Below the pieces are notes generated by a model that was not told where the DNA came from, did no database searches, and was given only the letters and a program-made list of their open reading frames with translations. Of a stretch of 64,000 nucleotides of DNA, positions 19,824-29,399 are shown in pieces. The stretch comes from Candidatus Zhuqueibacterota bacterium (lineage in GTDB: Bacteria; Zhuqueibacterota; Zhuqueibacteria; Thermofontimicrobiales; Thermofontimicrobiaceae), in assembly GCA_049322915.1 (NCBI GenBank), contig JBMOPW010000007.1, positions 96,001 to 160,000 of the forward strand, in the 5' to 3' direction. Position numbers and translations under genes: made by a program. Positions within the stretch are counted from its first letter, which is position 1, and each line of letters opens with the position of its first letter.

Positions 19824-19846
19824 ATAAAAATATAAAGCGATTTTGT

Positions 19847-19912
19847 ACTTGAACCTACATCCCGAAGTTACGGAATAATAACCATCCGCTCTGCCGATTG
19901 AGCTACGCAGGA
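19847..19912 (-). pseudogene. Degenerate tRNA-Asn copy with the same palindromic replacement
   Basis: The 5' acceptor strand and D-arm are intact, the anticodon arm is mutated, TCCCGAAGTTACGGAA sits at the same site, and the 3' end is lost. Confidence 0.75.
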
Positions 19913-19929
19913 ATCAAAAATCGAGCGCC

Positions 19930-19958
19930 AATATACAAATTATTTTTTTTATTGTCAA
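19930..19958 (-). promoter_or_regulatory. Sigma70-type promoter of the tRNA-Asn locus
   Basis: TTGACA-N17-TATATT on the minus strand, about 17 bp upstream of the first tRNA copy. Confidence 0.8.
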
Positions 19959-20017
19959 GGATTTTTTCCTGATTTTGCGTCGCCTGAATCCCGCGTCCCG
20001 ATGAGGGGAATTCACAT

Positions 20018-20191
20018 TTAACTGATGTCTTCCCTGGCGTTTTCAAGATAGCTGATCACCAGATCAATGTCGGCTTTTGGTATTTGCACTTTCTCGGTGA
20101 TGCGTTTCTGGCCCGTGGGATGGATCTGCTCGATGATTATTTCACCATCCGGTCCAACCTTGAGGAGTAGATTGTTTATCACTTTTATCAC
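20018..20191 (-). CDS. Small hypothetical protein (about 57 aa)
   Basis: GTG start preceded by AAGGAGGT; protein-like composition. Confidence 0.45.
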   Translation of the reverse strand: MIKVINNLLLKVGPDGEIIIEQIHPTGQKRITEKVQIPKADIDLVISYLENAREDIS

Positions 20192-20211
20192 ACTGCACCT
20201 CCTTGTGCCAA

Positions 20212-20472
20212 TCACGTTTGTGACGGAGTGGATTCATTGGATCTTTGGTTCAAAAACAAACACATCGGACAATTGCAGTAGTTACGATTCCCATAGTGGA
20301 TAATGAAATCACAACCGATTGAATGCAATTGTTCGCACTCAAATAAATCCGTGTAACCGACTCTCTTGCTCGTGCCGTACAGACGATCGTGTAATGCCAA
20401 ACACTTGAAATGATGGGGACACTTAATCTGACTTTTTAGTTCTTCTAACTTTTGCTGATATAGTTCATCCAT
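20212..20472 (-). CDS. Small Cys-rich hypothetical protein (86 aa), possibly metal-binding
   Basis: ATG after GGAGGT; CPHHFKC...EC...C...YCNCPMC. Confidence 0.6.
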   Translation of the reverse strand: MDELYQQKLEELKSQIKCPHHFKCLALHDRLYGTSKRVGYTDLFECEQLHSIGCDFIIHYGNRNYCNCPMCLFLNQRSNESTPSQT

Positions 20473-21152
20473 GGGTTTACCTCCGAATACAAGATTTAAA
20501 CCCACTCTTCGTAAGATATACTGTCAATGATGCGAGGTTTGAGTTTTGAGTTGTCCCCCGATGTCTATCGAAATTCCCGTTTTACTGTTTAGCTGTAGAC
20601 AACTCCCAGGATTCGATTTGTCTGGATCCCTTCAATATAATATTTTCTTCAAATATGCCCATCTCAGTATAATGAATGAAATGGGTTGTGTCAAGGGAAA
20701 AATTAGTAATTTTAATAAATTTTCCATCGAGGCAAAAATTCGGACTGACATCTGCCACAGAATAAGTAATTAATTGATGCTATCGTATTTCTGAGAATTT
20801 GTATTTTTGAGAAAAGGTGGAGAGTAATCCGATGAAAACAGCTTTGTCAACTGATTGCTTCGCTTTTATCGACATTAATAAAATGCGCGAAAGATTTCTC
20901 CTTCACACCTTAACTCCGAACAGCAGCGCTGCTTCAAACAGAACGACTAGTGGATAATCTTCCATTGGTGCATATTGTGAAGGTTGGTTCACTTACGTGT
21001 CCCTATGAAATACCGGTAGCGAGCGGAGAATGGCTACGCACTGGATAGCCTTTGCCGATGATTATTGGTTGGATGAAAAAAATCGCTTGCTCACTTCACT
21101 CGTAGCCATTGGAATGTGGGTCGGAGTGAAGCTGATTCAGAACAGGTCGATG

Positions 21153-21377
21153 TTAAAAAATACTGCGCACCAGCAGTAAAACGCCCAGTAGCACTAACGG
21201 AATTCCTACGGGCGCAGCGATTACGGTGAAAATCAGAATAGCTCCGATTATTGTCAGTACCAGCCCGATGATACAGGCGACGAGTCGGCCTGTCATGGTG
21301 AAAATTGCAGTCAATAAATCTGCGAAGATTTTGAATGGCCAGAGAATCCACGGCGTCCTGGCTTGATTGGGCTCCAT
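21153..21377 (-). CDS. Small integral membrane hypothetical protein
   Basis: 74 aa, AGAGGT RBS, LWPF motif followed by hydrophobic helices. Confidence 0.65.
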   Translation of the reverse strand: MEPNQARTPWILWPFKIFADLLTAIFTMTGRLVACIIGLVLTIIGAILIFTVIAAPVGIPLVLLGVLLLVRSIF

Positions 21378-21644
21378 TTTTTTACCTCTGATTTAGATTT
21401 CGCTGGATGAAGATTGGCTGATGAATAGTCATTGAATTCAGATGAAAATACGGGAATCACTTTTAAAAGTTGCCTTGATCTTTTCACACGAAAAACATAA
21501 AAAAAAACTATGAATTTTCTTCTCAAGTTATTATATTGGGACGCTCATTTTTTCAAAAAAACAAGAGTCACATGTCCGGTGTTCGCGGATTCAATCATGG
21601 GAGAGAATGAAGAGTGCGTACTCAGAATTCATGGAGTTGATATT

Positions 21645-22673
21645 ATGAATGAAATGAATGGGCCAGCAGGTCCGATAAAGTCGACGGAGGAACTGGTTGC
21701 ACAGATGACGACTCCGTCCCAATCTGTCCGGGATGCCGTTTCAGCGATTGGTCGGAAGGTGATGATTTTGGGCGTCGGCGGAAAGATGGGACCCAGCCTG
21801 GCCGAGTTAATTGTCAAAGCCGGCGGCGCTGTCATCGGCGTGGATGTTTTTCCCGATGCCGGAGTGAAGTCCTATCTGGATAAAGTGGGGGTGACGACGA
21901 TTCAGATGGACCTGTTCGATTCCGCAGAATTGGCGCGCCTGCCGGAGATGGAACATGTCATCATCATGGCCGGGACGAAATTTGGCTCGTCAGAAAATAC
22001 ACAATTCACCTGGGCCATGAATTCCTACCTGCCCGGCAAAATAATGGAGAATTTCACCCGCTCAAAAGTCATTTACATTTCATCCGGCAATGTGTATAAA
22101 TTTACATCCGTTGAATCGAACGGGGCGACTGAAATTTCCGATGTCGAACCGATAGGGGAATATGCCATGTCGCGTCTGGGCGGCGAGCGCATTGTGGAAT
22201 ACCAGGCGCGCCGGCATGCCATCCCGTCCTGCATCATCCGATTGTTTTACGCAACGGAATTGCGCTACGGAGTCATTCACGACATCGCCGTGAAGGTTAA
22301 AAACGGTGAGACTCTGGATGTGAGCATGGGGCATTTCAATCAGATCTGGCAGGGAGACGCCAATGCCTATATCGTGAAAGCATTTTCGCTGTGCCAGACG
22401 CCGGCAAAAGTGATCAACCTGACCGGGCCGGATGTGCTTTCGGTTCGCGATATCGCCACTCGGTTGGGACAACTCATGGGGATGACGCCGAAATTCCGGG
22501 GAACGGAGAGTCCCACCGCCTTGTTGGGCGATGCTTCAGAGATGGCGGCGACGTTCGGCAAACCCGCCATTTCTCCGGATCAGATCATGGAATGGGTCGC
22601 CTGGTGGGTACAACATGACGGCGAAAGCCTGGGCAAACCTACCAAATTCGAGAAACGAAACGGAAAGTTTTGA
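21645..22673 (+). CDS. NAD-dependent epimerase/dehydratase family protein
   Basis: ILGVGGKMG Rossmann motif, AGTKFG, SSGNVY, YAMSR(L)GGE, C-terminal KPTKFEKRNGKF. Confidence 0.85.
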   Translation: MNEMNGPAGPIKSTEELVAQMTTPSQSVRDAVSAIGRKVMILGVGGKMGPSLAELIVKAGGAVIGVDVFPDAGVKSYLDKVGVTTIQMDLFDSAELARLPEMEHVIIMAGTKFGSSENTQFTWAMNSYLPGKIMENFTRSKVIYISSGNVYKFTSVESNGATEISDVEPIGEYAMSRLGGERIVEYQARRHAIPSCIIRLFYATELRYGVIHDIAVKVKNGETLDVSMGHFNQIWQGDANAYIVKAFSLCQTPAKVINLTGPDVLSVRDIATRLGQLMGMTPKFRGTESPTALLGDASEMAATFGKPAISPDQIMEWVAWWVQHDGESLGKPTKFEKRNGKF

Positions 22674-22699
22674 ACCGGATTTCAGCATAGGAATGTAGC

Positions 22700-23758
22700 A
22701 TGAAGAGAATCAAAGTTGCAATTGTCGGACTGCGCCATCTGCACCCGCGGTCGTACATGGCTCATTTTGCTGTGATGCCCGAGATTGAAGTCGTTGCCGT
22801 CGCTGAGGGCGATAAATCGCTGCGCGCGCAATTCGCCGGGGAGTTCAATCTGCGCGACTATCCGAACTGGCGGGAACTGTTCGAAAACGAGTCGCTGGAT
22901 CTGGCTGCGATTTTCCTGCCGCATGTTGACTGCCCGGATGCGGCAAAGGCCGCGATTGAGAAGAATATTCATGTGCTCATTGAAAAACCGATGACAGCGG
23001 ATTCCGGGAGCGCGCGGCAGGTGGTCGATCTGGCCGATGAAAAGCAGATTAAAGTCACAACGCCTTACGTGTGGCGATATCATCCGGTGGTGAGGGAGAT
23101 AAAAGGACTGCTGGATTCAGGCGCGCTGGGCGAGATCATCGGTTGCACCGGCCGATGCGCCGCCGGCCGACTCCACCGCTACATCGATGGCCACGCTGAA
23201 TGGATGCTCGATGCGAAGAAAAGCGGGGGCGGCCCGATGTACAATCTGGGCGTGCACTGGATCGACCTGTTCCTCTGGCTGCTACAGGACAAAGTGATCG
23301 CCGTGTCCGGCAAGAATATGAAAATCAATGAGCATTACAATATCGAAGACAATTCGTTCTCCATTCTGACCTTCCGAAGCGGCGCGGTCCTGATGCTGGA
23401 TGTCTGCTACACCGTGCCGGCGTCGTTTCCTCATGGCCGGGATTTGTTCATCAGCATTCGCGGGACAAAGGGCGTTTTGAGCTGGGCCCCGGCGTATGAA
23501 GGCGAGAAGGACGAACTTTTCATTTGCAGCGATGCGGATGAATTCAGGGGAGCGCCGGTTCAGAGGCGCAGTTACGAAATGACGCCCGCCCCGGGCTACT
23601 CGGGAATCATGGGCTTGCTGTACCTCAAGGATGTGGCGCACTCCATTTTGAACAATACGCCTGCGCCGATTCCCGGCAGGGATGGGGTACTGGTTCTCGA
23701 AATTGTCGAGGCCATTTATCAATCATCGCTCGATGGCATTGTGGTCGAATTGTGGTAA
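22700..23758 (+). CDS. Gfo/Idh/MocA family oxidoreductase
   Basis: KVAIVG, HVLIEKPM, SGGGPMYNLGVHWID. Confidence 0.9.
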   Translation: MKRIKVAIVGLRHLHPRSYMAHFAVMPEIEVVAVAEGDKSLRAQFAGEFNLRDYPNWRELFENESLDLAAIFLPHVDCPDAAKAAIEKNIHVLIEKPMTADSGSARQVVDLADEKQIKVTTPYVWRYHPVVREIKGLLDSGALGEIIGCTGRCAAGRLHRYIDGHAEWMLDAKKSGGGPMYNLGVHWIDLFLWLLQDKVIAVSGKNMKINEHYNIEDNSFSILTFRSGAVLMLDVCYTVPASFPHGRDLFISIRGTKGVLSWAPAYEGEKDELFICSDADEFRGAPVQRRSYEMTPAPGYSGIMGLLYLKDVAHSILNNTPAPIPGRDGVLVLEIVEAIYQSSLDGIVVELW

Positions 23759-23881
23759 CGGATTCCCGACCCATCGCTCCAGCCGATGCGGTTCAGATTC
23801 AATTTTGACTGAGTGAAAATTCAAACTGACAGGAACGGTGCAGCAGAACAGGTAGTTACCGGTATCAAAAGGAGTGGAACC

Positions 23882-25486
23882 ATGAATGAAATAAAATACA
23901 TCGACTGCCACGCTTCTCTGGGCAAATGGGCGAACATGGATGCTGCTGCGCCGTTCACCGCGGAACGCATGCTGGCGGACATGGAGCGCTGCGGGATTCA
24001 CGGCGCGTTGGTCTATCACAATTTTGCCAAAGAGCTGCAACCCTCGGTGGGCAATGAAAAAATTTTGGAAATATGTCGACAGCATCCGCGGCTGATTCCC
24101 TGCTGGGTCACCCTGCCGGACGTGAGCGGTCAGGCGCCGGAGGGCTTACAATTTGTCCGCGATATGGAGGACAATGGCGTCAGGGCGGTGAAGCTGTTCC
24201 CCCGTCTGCATCGTTATGCGCTGGACAAGCGCACCATCGGTTCGCTGCTCAATCCATTGCAGGAAGCGGGAATTCCCGTGCTCATCGATTGTGGCATGTT
24301 TTTGCCTGAACTGGAGCAAATTCGCTGGGAAGAAATAGCGCCCCTGAGCACGGATTTCCCCTACCTGAACGTCATCCTTCACAATGTGCGCTGGGAGGCG
24401 ATTCGGTATTTTGTGCCGCTGCTGCGCGACTTCCCCCACTTGCATCTGGAGTTTTCCTCGTGTCAGGGTAACCGCTATTTCGAATTCCTGATTGAGAAAG
24501 TCGGATCCGATCAACTATTATTCGGAACGGCGATGATGCAAAAAAGTCCCGGGGCTGCAAAGGCTTTCGTCGACTATTCAGAAATGAGCGAGGACGACCG
24601 CAGGAAAATCGCCGGCGGAAATCTGATGCGACTGCTGAAACTGGACGCGGCGCCGGCGGATTATCCCGCCGTTGAAATTTCGGACAAAATTTTATGGAAG
24701 GCCAGAAACGCCGCGCCGATTGACGACATGGTTGTGATCGACTCCCACGCGCATTTCACTGAAAAGGGTCGCTACGACATCGTCGATGGGCTGATGGGCA
24801 AATCCGACGCCGCCGGTATGATCGAGCGGAACCAGCGCATCGGCGTGGCCATCACCTGCGCCAGCCCGTGGAATGGGATCGCTGGCCAATTCGAGTCCGG
24901 CAACGAGAGCACGAAACAGGCCATCCGGGATTTCCCGCAGCGATTCATCGGCTACGCCACATTCGATCCGCGATTTGTGACCGATTGGCCAGGGGAATTG
25001 AAACGCTGCTACGAGGACTACGGGATGAAAGGCATGAAACCCTATTATCCGCGCAACGGCGTTCCGTACAATGATCCCTTGTATGAACCCTGGTTTCGAT
25101 ACGGGAACGACCATCATCTGTTCGCGCTGATGCACATGTCCGACAGGTTCATTCGGGAAATGGAAGATTTGGCGCCGAAGTACCCGGAAATATCGTTCAT
25201 TTTAGCCCATTCCGGTTGGACCTGGAAAGTCGCCCGCGAACATAGCACGCTGGCGAAGAAGTATAAAAATGTGTTCTGCGAAATTACATTCACTGCGGTC
25301 ACGAACGGCATCATCGAATATCTGGTTCAGGAAGTCGGTTCCGCGAAGGTGCTTTACGGTTCCGACACCGTCATGCGCGATCCCATCCCGCAGTTCGGTT
25401 GGGTTGTCTACGCTGATATGCCCGAGGAAGATAAGCGCAATATCCTGGGCCGGAACATGCAGAAGATCATCGACCGCTGTTTGTAA
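23882..25486 (+). CDS. Amidohydrolase_2 family protein with two tandem TIM-barrel domains
   Basis: Domain 1: IDCHAS...LLFGTA...IAGGN. Domain 2: IDSHAH...ILAHSG...VLYGSD...ILGRN. Confidence 0.85.
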   Translation: MNEIKYIDCHASLGKWANMDAAAPFTAERMLADMERCGIHGALVYHNFAKELQPSVGNEKILEICRQHPRLIPCWVTLPDVSGQAPEGLQFVRDMEDNGVRAVKLFPRLHRYALDKRTIGSLLNPLQEAGIPVLIDCGMFLPELEQIRWEEIAPLSTDFPYLNVILHNVRWEAIRYFVPLLRDFPHLHLEFSSCQGNRYFEFLIEKVGSDQLLFGTAMMQKSPGAAKAFVDYSEMSEDDRRKIAGGNLMRLLKLDAAPADYPAVEISDKILWKARNAAPIDDMVVIDSHAHFTEKGRYDIVDGLMGKSDAAGMIERNQRIGVAITCASPWNGIAGQFESGNESTKQAIRDFPQRFIGYATFDPRFVTDWPGELKRCYEDYGMKGMKPYYPRNGVPYNDPLYEPWFRYGNDHHLFALMHMSDRFIREMEDLAPKYPEISFILAHSGWTWKVAREHSTLAKKYKNVFCEITFTAVTNGIIEYLVQEVGSAKVLYGSDTVMRDPIPQFGWVVYADMPEEDKRNILGRNMQKIIDRCL

Positions 25487-25572
25487 CCGAGCGCGAAGCA
25501 CGAGGCAGCACCACTCGACTAATGGTATGAAGTGTGTCCTGAACTTATTCAGCTTGAAAAGGAGTGAGAATC

Positions 25573-27594
25573 ATGGTATCACGTCGTGATTTTTTTAGAC
25601 TGTCCGGTTTCATCTCAGGGCTACTGCTTATCAGTCCTGAAACCTTTGCCCGCATTCTCATGAAGGAGGAGCGAGAGAACCTGAATGTGCTGTTTGATCC
25701 ATCCCAGATACCCGAGCTGAAACAGCGCCTGCAATTACCGCTGTTCAAGCCTTTCTGGGACAGCCTGATCAACGCCGATTTGAAGGGCGATGAGAAATTT
25801 CTGAAGGAGGAAATTCAGTTCAATAACCAACTCAGGCATTTGCCCCGCGCCGATGATATTCTTCAACGCGAAGCCTTTGTCTATGCCATGACCGGCAAGA
25901 AGAAGCGCGGCAAATTGGCCCGATTGGCGCTGGAGAAAGTGTTGCAATTCGAGAAATGGGATTATTTTTTAGAAGCCCGGAAGGACGTCATCGGATTGCA
26001 GCGGGCGCCGTACACCACCCAGTCCATCGTCATCGCTTACCCAATGATCGAAAATTTATTATCCAAAGATGTGAAACGGGAGGTCTTCGCGCAATTGCCG
26101 GAAAAAGGATGCATGCCGTGCTATCGCAGTTTGTGGGGCATGCTGAACAAGGAAAAGGTCGTCGGCTGGGGATTTGACCCGGCAAGCACTTTCTTCGAGG
26201 AGCGCGATTTCCGGCGTTGGCCCTGGATTCTCTCCCGCACCAATCTCCGCGCCGTCCCCATGAGCGCGCTGACGCTGGGCGCCCAGTTTCTGGAAGGGAA
26301 AGACGAACGCACTGCGGAATGGATGCAGGTGGTCAAACAGAGCTATGATGAATTTTTCAATATGTTCGAGAAAGATGGCAGTTACAATGAAGGCACCGGC
26401 TATTGCAATTACACGAGCAGCGAGTTGATCCTGATGCTGGAAGTGCTGAGGCGTCGCAAGGATGAAAATTGGTCCAAAGTCATCAACTGGAACGGGGTGA
26501 TGGATTTCTTTTTGATGACGCGAATGCCCTCGGAACAGCACCCGGAAGGTCACGTGAATTTCGGCGATGGCGGCAGCGGCTTTTTCTCGGATGTCGGTTA
26601 CTGGGTCGCCGGCACGTACCGCAATCATGCTGCCCAGTACGCGGCCGAACACCACGCCCAGAAGGATCGTATCTTCTCAGTCATCTGGTACAACCCGGCC
26701 GTCGCTGCAAAACTGCCGAAGAACGACTGGTACTATCGTGAATTCGATATCGGCTGGGTGGTCGCCAGCACCGGTTTTGAAAAAGATGATTTCGTCGCGG
26801 CGCTCCGCAGCGGCGGGCCGGCGAATCACGAACACGCCGATCGCAATACCTTCATCCTGAAATGCTACGCGGAGAATCTGCTGGTGGATCAGTGGCATCC
26901 GCCGTATGATAACAAAAATCCCGGCTGGCCGCTGCGAACGTCGCCGGCGCACAATACCGTGCTGATCGACGGCAAAGGGCATCAGTATCATGACGGCGCG
27001 GAGGGGACGAACTCTTCCCTGGCGGCGGCCAAAATTGTGAAGTCGAAGAAGGAGAATAGTTTTGCCTACGTCATCAGCGACGCCACTCAGGCGTACCATC
27101 TGGTCGATGACAATGTGAAAAATGTCAATCGCACCTGTGTGGTCATTCCCCGCATGAAATTTGCCGTGATTGTGGACTGCCTGGAGACCAATGCCCGGCC
27201 AGCAGAGTTTTCCGCGCGCTGGTTCGTGGAGAACTCCGACGGGAAGGGCACGATCACTATCAGCGGCAACACCTTCGAGTTTCAGAGGCCCGGGGCAAAA
27301 CTGTTCGGCGTCTGCGCCGGCACCCTCGGCGCTGCCATGAGCCAGTCGACATTCCCTGTCCCGGTGGAATCCGGCGTGTATCCCTATCTGGATGTGCGCT
27401 CGGAAAAGCCGGGGAACAGCGTCATGCTCATCACGGCAGTGGCGGCGCTGCAGCTCGATCAGGAGAGGCCGGATATGGAGATTCGCTTCAATGGCAAAAA
27501 TTGGGTGGTGACCACAGATCTCGCCGGCCGCGAGGCAAAAGTGATCATTCTGCCGCAAGAAGCGCATCCTGAAATTTTGGTGCGAATTCTGTGA
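25573..27594 (+). CDS. Tat-exported heparinase II/III-like polysaccharide lyase family protein
   Basis: SRRDFF Tat motif; DGSYNEGTGY, NFGDG, NHEHADRNTF, AHNTVLIDG. Confidence 0.85.
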   Translation: MVSRRDFFRLSGFISGLLLISPETFARILMKEERENLNVLFDPSQIPELKQRLQLPLFKPFWDSLINADLKGDEKFLKEEIQFNNQLRHLPRADDILQREAFVYAMTGKKKRGKLARLALEKVLQFEKWDYFLEARKDVIGLQRAPYTTQSIVIAYPMIENLLSKDVKREVFAQLPEKGCMPCYRSLWGMLNKEKVVGWGFDPASTFFEERDFRRWPWILSRTNLRAVPMSALTLGAQFLEGKDERTAEWMQVVKQSYDEFFNMFEKDGSYNEGTGYCNYTSSELILMLEVLRRRKDENWSKVINWNGVMDFFLMTRMPSEQHPEGHVNFGDGGSGFFSDVGYWVAGTYRNHAAQYAAEHHAQKDRIFSVIWYNPAVAAKLPKNDWYYREFDIGWVVASTGFEKDDFVAALRSGGPANHEHADRNTFILKCYAENLLVDQWHPPYDNKNPGWPLRTSPAHNTVLIDGKGHQYHDGAEGTNSSLAAAKIVKSKKENSFAYVISDATQAYHLVDDNVKNVNRTCVVIPRMKFAVIVDCLETNARPAEFSARWFVENSDGKGTITISGNTFEFQRPGAKLFGVCAGTLGAAMSQSTFPVPVESGVYPYLDVRSEKPGNSVMLITAVAALQLDQERPDMEIRFNGKNWVVTTDLAGREAKVIILPQEAHPEILVRIL

Positions 27595-27753
27595 TGTGAA
27601 GCGCGACGCGGCTCGTCTGACTGCGGTTCAGCCAGTGACAACCAATCCTGTCAGAATAGCCGCCGGCGCATTTCGCAGAAAACCGATTGAACAACGATGG
27701 CTCGACATAGATTTACTGAGCCCGCGACGAACACCAAGTGCAAAGGAATACCA

Positions 27754-28989
27754 ATGCTGAATCTGGAAAAATCAAAGAAGTTGCACGCGCGCGCGTTGGA
27801 GATAATTCCCGGTGGAACCAACACCAACGCCAAGCGGATCGACAATCTCCTCAATGCGGATTTTTTTCCGGCTTATCTGGAACGGGGCGAGGGCGCTTAC
27901 GTCTGGGATCTGGATGGCAACCGCTACATCGATTATATCGCGTCCCTGGCGCCCATCGTCATAGGCCATCAGGAGCCGCGAATCATCGCCCGGCTGAAAA
28001 AGCAGTTGGACAAGGGCTCTCTTTTTTCGCTGCCGAGTTCCAATGAAGTGAAGCTGAGCGAATTATTGATCGAAAAAATTCCCTGCGCCGAGATGGTGAA
28101 AATTATGAAGACCGGCGCGGAAGTTACCTCGGCCGCAGTGCGCGCAGCGCGGTTCGCCACGGGCAGGGATAAAATTCTGAGCTGCGAATATCACGGTTGG
28201 CACGACTGGTGGTCGGCCAAACTCGGCTACCCAGGCATTCCGCAAAGCTATCGGGATCTGATTCGGGATTTTAGATTCAATGATTTCGAACAGTTGAAAA
28301 AGCAGGTCAGCGAACTGGATGGCGAGGTGGCCTGCATTGTTCTCACCGCCGCATCCTACGGGGTTGAACCTGAAAATGACTTTCTGCCGCGCATCAGAAA
28401 ATTGTGCGATGATGAAGGCATTGTCCTCATCTTCGATGAAATCATCACCGGTTTCCGCTGGGCCACCGGCGGCGCACAGGAAAAATATGGCGTGACCCCG
28501 GATCTGGCGGCGTTCGGCAAGGCCATGGCCAATGGAATGCCCATTGCCGCGCTCGTCGGCAGGAAAGAAATTATGTCAGGTCTCAAGGACACGCTGGTTA
28601 CGTCCACATTTGCCAGTGAGGCGCTGTCCATCGAAGCCGCGCTGGAGACAATTCACATCATCGAGGAAGATCACATCATCGACAAGCTCTACGCCCATTC
28701 GAAAAGACTCCGCAGCGGCATCGGCGAGATCGCGGCCAAGCATCAGCTTGAAATCGATACCATGGCCCCCACGCCGGCGATCAAGTTCGAGTTCGCCGGA
28801 CTGACCGATGCACTGAAGCGCACGGCCCAGTTTGAGCTCATCAAAGAAGCGGCGTCCAAAGGGATACTGCTGCGCAAGGACGGCAGCGGAGTTTCCCTGT
28901 GCGTGATAGCCGCGCTGAGCGCGGACGATATCGACTATACCCTGGATGTGCTGGACGACGCGTTGGCCCTTGTGAGCAAGATGGTGTAA
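27754..28989 (+). CDS. Class-III PLP aminotransferase (GSA-aminomutase-like)
   Basis: GEGAYVWDLDGNRYIDY, YHGWHD, LIFDEIITGFR, FGKAMANG (PLP Lys). Confidence 0.88.
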   Translation: MLNLEKSKKLHARALEIIPGGTNTNAKRIDNLLNADFFPAYLERGEGAYVWDLDGNRYIDYIASLAPIVIGHQEPRIIARLKKQLDKGSLFSLPSSNEVKLSELLIEKIPCAEMVKIMKTGAEVTSAAVRAARFATGRDKILSCEYHGWHDWWSAKLGYPGIPQSYRDLIRDFRFNDFEQLKKQVSELDGEVACIVLTAASYGVEPENDFLPRIRKLCDDEGIVLIFDEIITGFRWATGGAQEKYGVTPDLAAFGKAMANGMPIAALVGRKEIMSGLKDTLVTSTFASEALSIEAALETIHIIEEDHIIDKLYAHSKRLRSGIGEIAAKHQLEIDTMAPTPAIKFEFAGLTDALKRTAQFELIKEAASKGILLRKDGSGVSLCVIAALSADDIDYTLDVLDDALALVSKMV

Positions 28990-29074
28990 ATTATATCCGT
29001 CTCCGCGCGACGCAGACATTGATACAGGCGATGACGTGAAAAAAATCTCAGTAACTTTATCGCCTCGAAGTCGC

Positions 29075-29241
29075 TAACCTAAAATATTCATGAACTTGCT
29101 CAGAATTTGAGTCAACATTCAGATTTTCAACTAGCTAAATACTAAGCTATTTTGAAGCTCAGTTTTTGTACGTTTATTCTAAAAAGAGCACCATTCAGGT
29201 TAGCCAGCCTCCTTTAAAAATGCTATGAAAAATGCAGGCTA
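29075..29241. mobile_element. 167-bp MITE-like element, copy 1
   Basis: TAACCT...ATTCAT / ATGAA...CAGG(C)TA ends. About 12 mismatches by manual alignment to the reverse complement of 62324-62490. Confidence 0.85.
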
Positions 29242-29399
29242 AGATATAAAGAATAAGTAGGTTCAAAAAATATAATTGTACTTAAATTTCTAAAATGGAT
29301 TTTTATAATCGAAACAATTCAGGCAAGAATACATACCTGAATAGTATGTCCGCGTGAAAACTCAGTGGAGCAAATTATAAACATAGAAGGAGAAACAAA

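Noticed and set aside
19600..19912. Possible CRISPR array or prophage att site
   Set aside because: The repeats are tRNA-derived with no unique spacers of constant length, and no cas or integrase gene is in the window.
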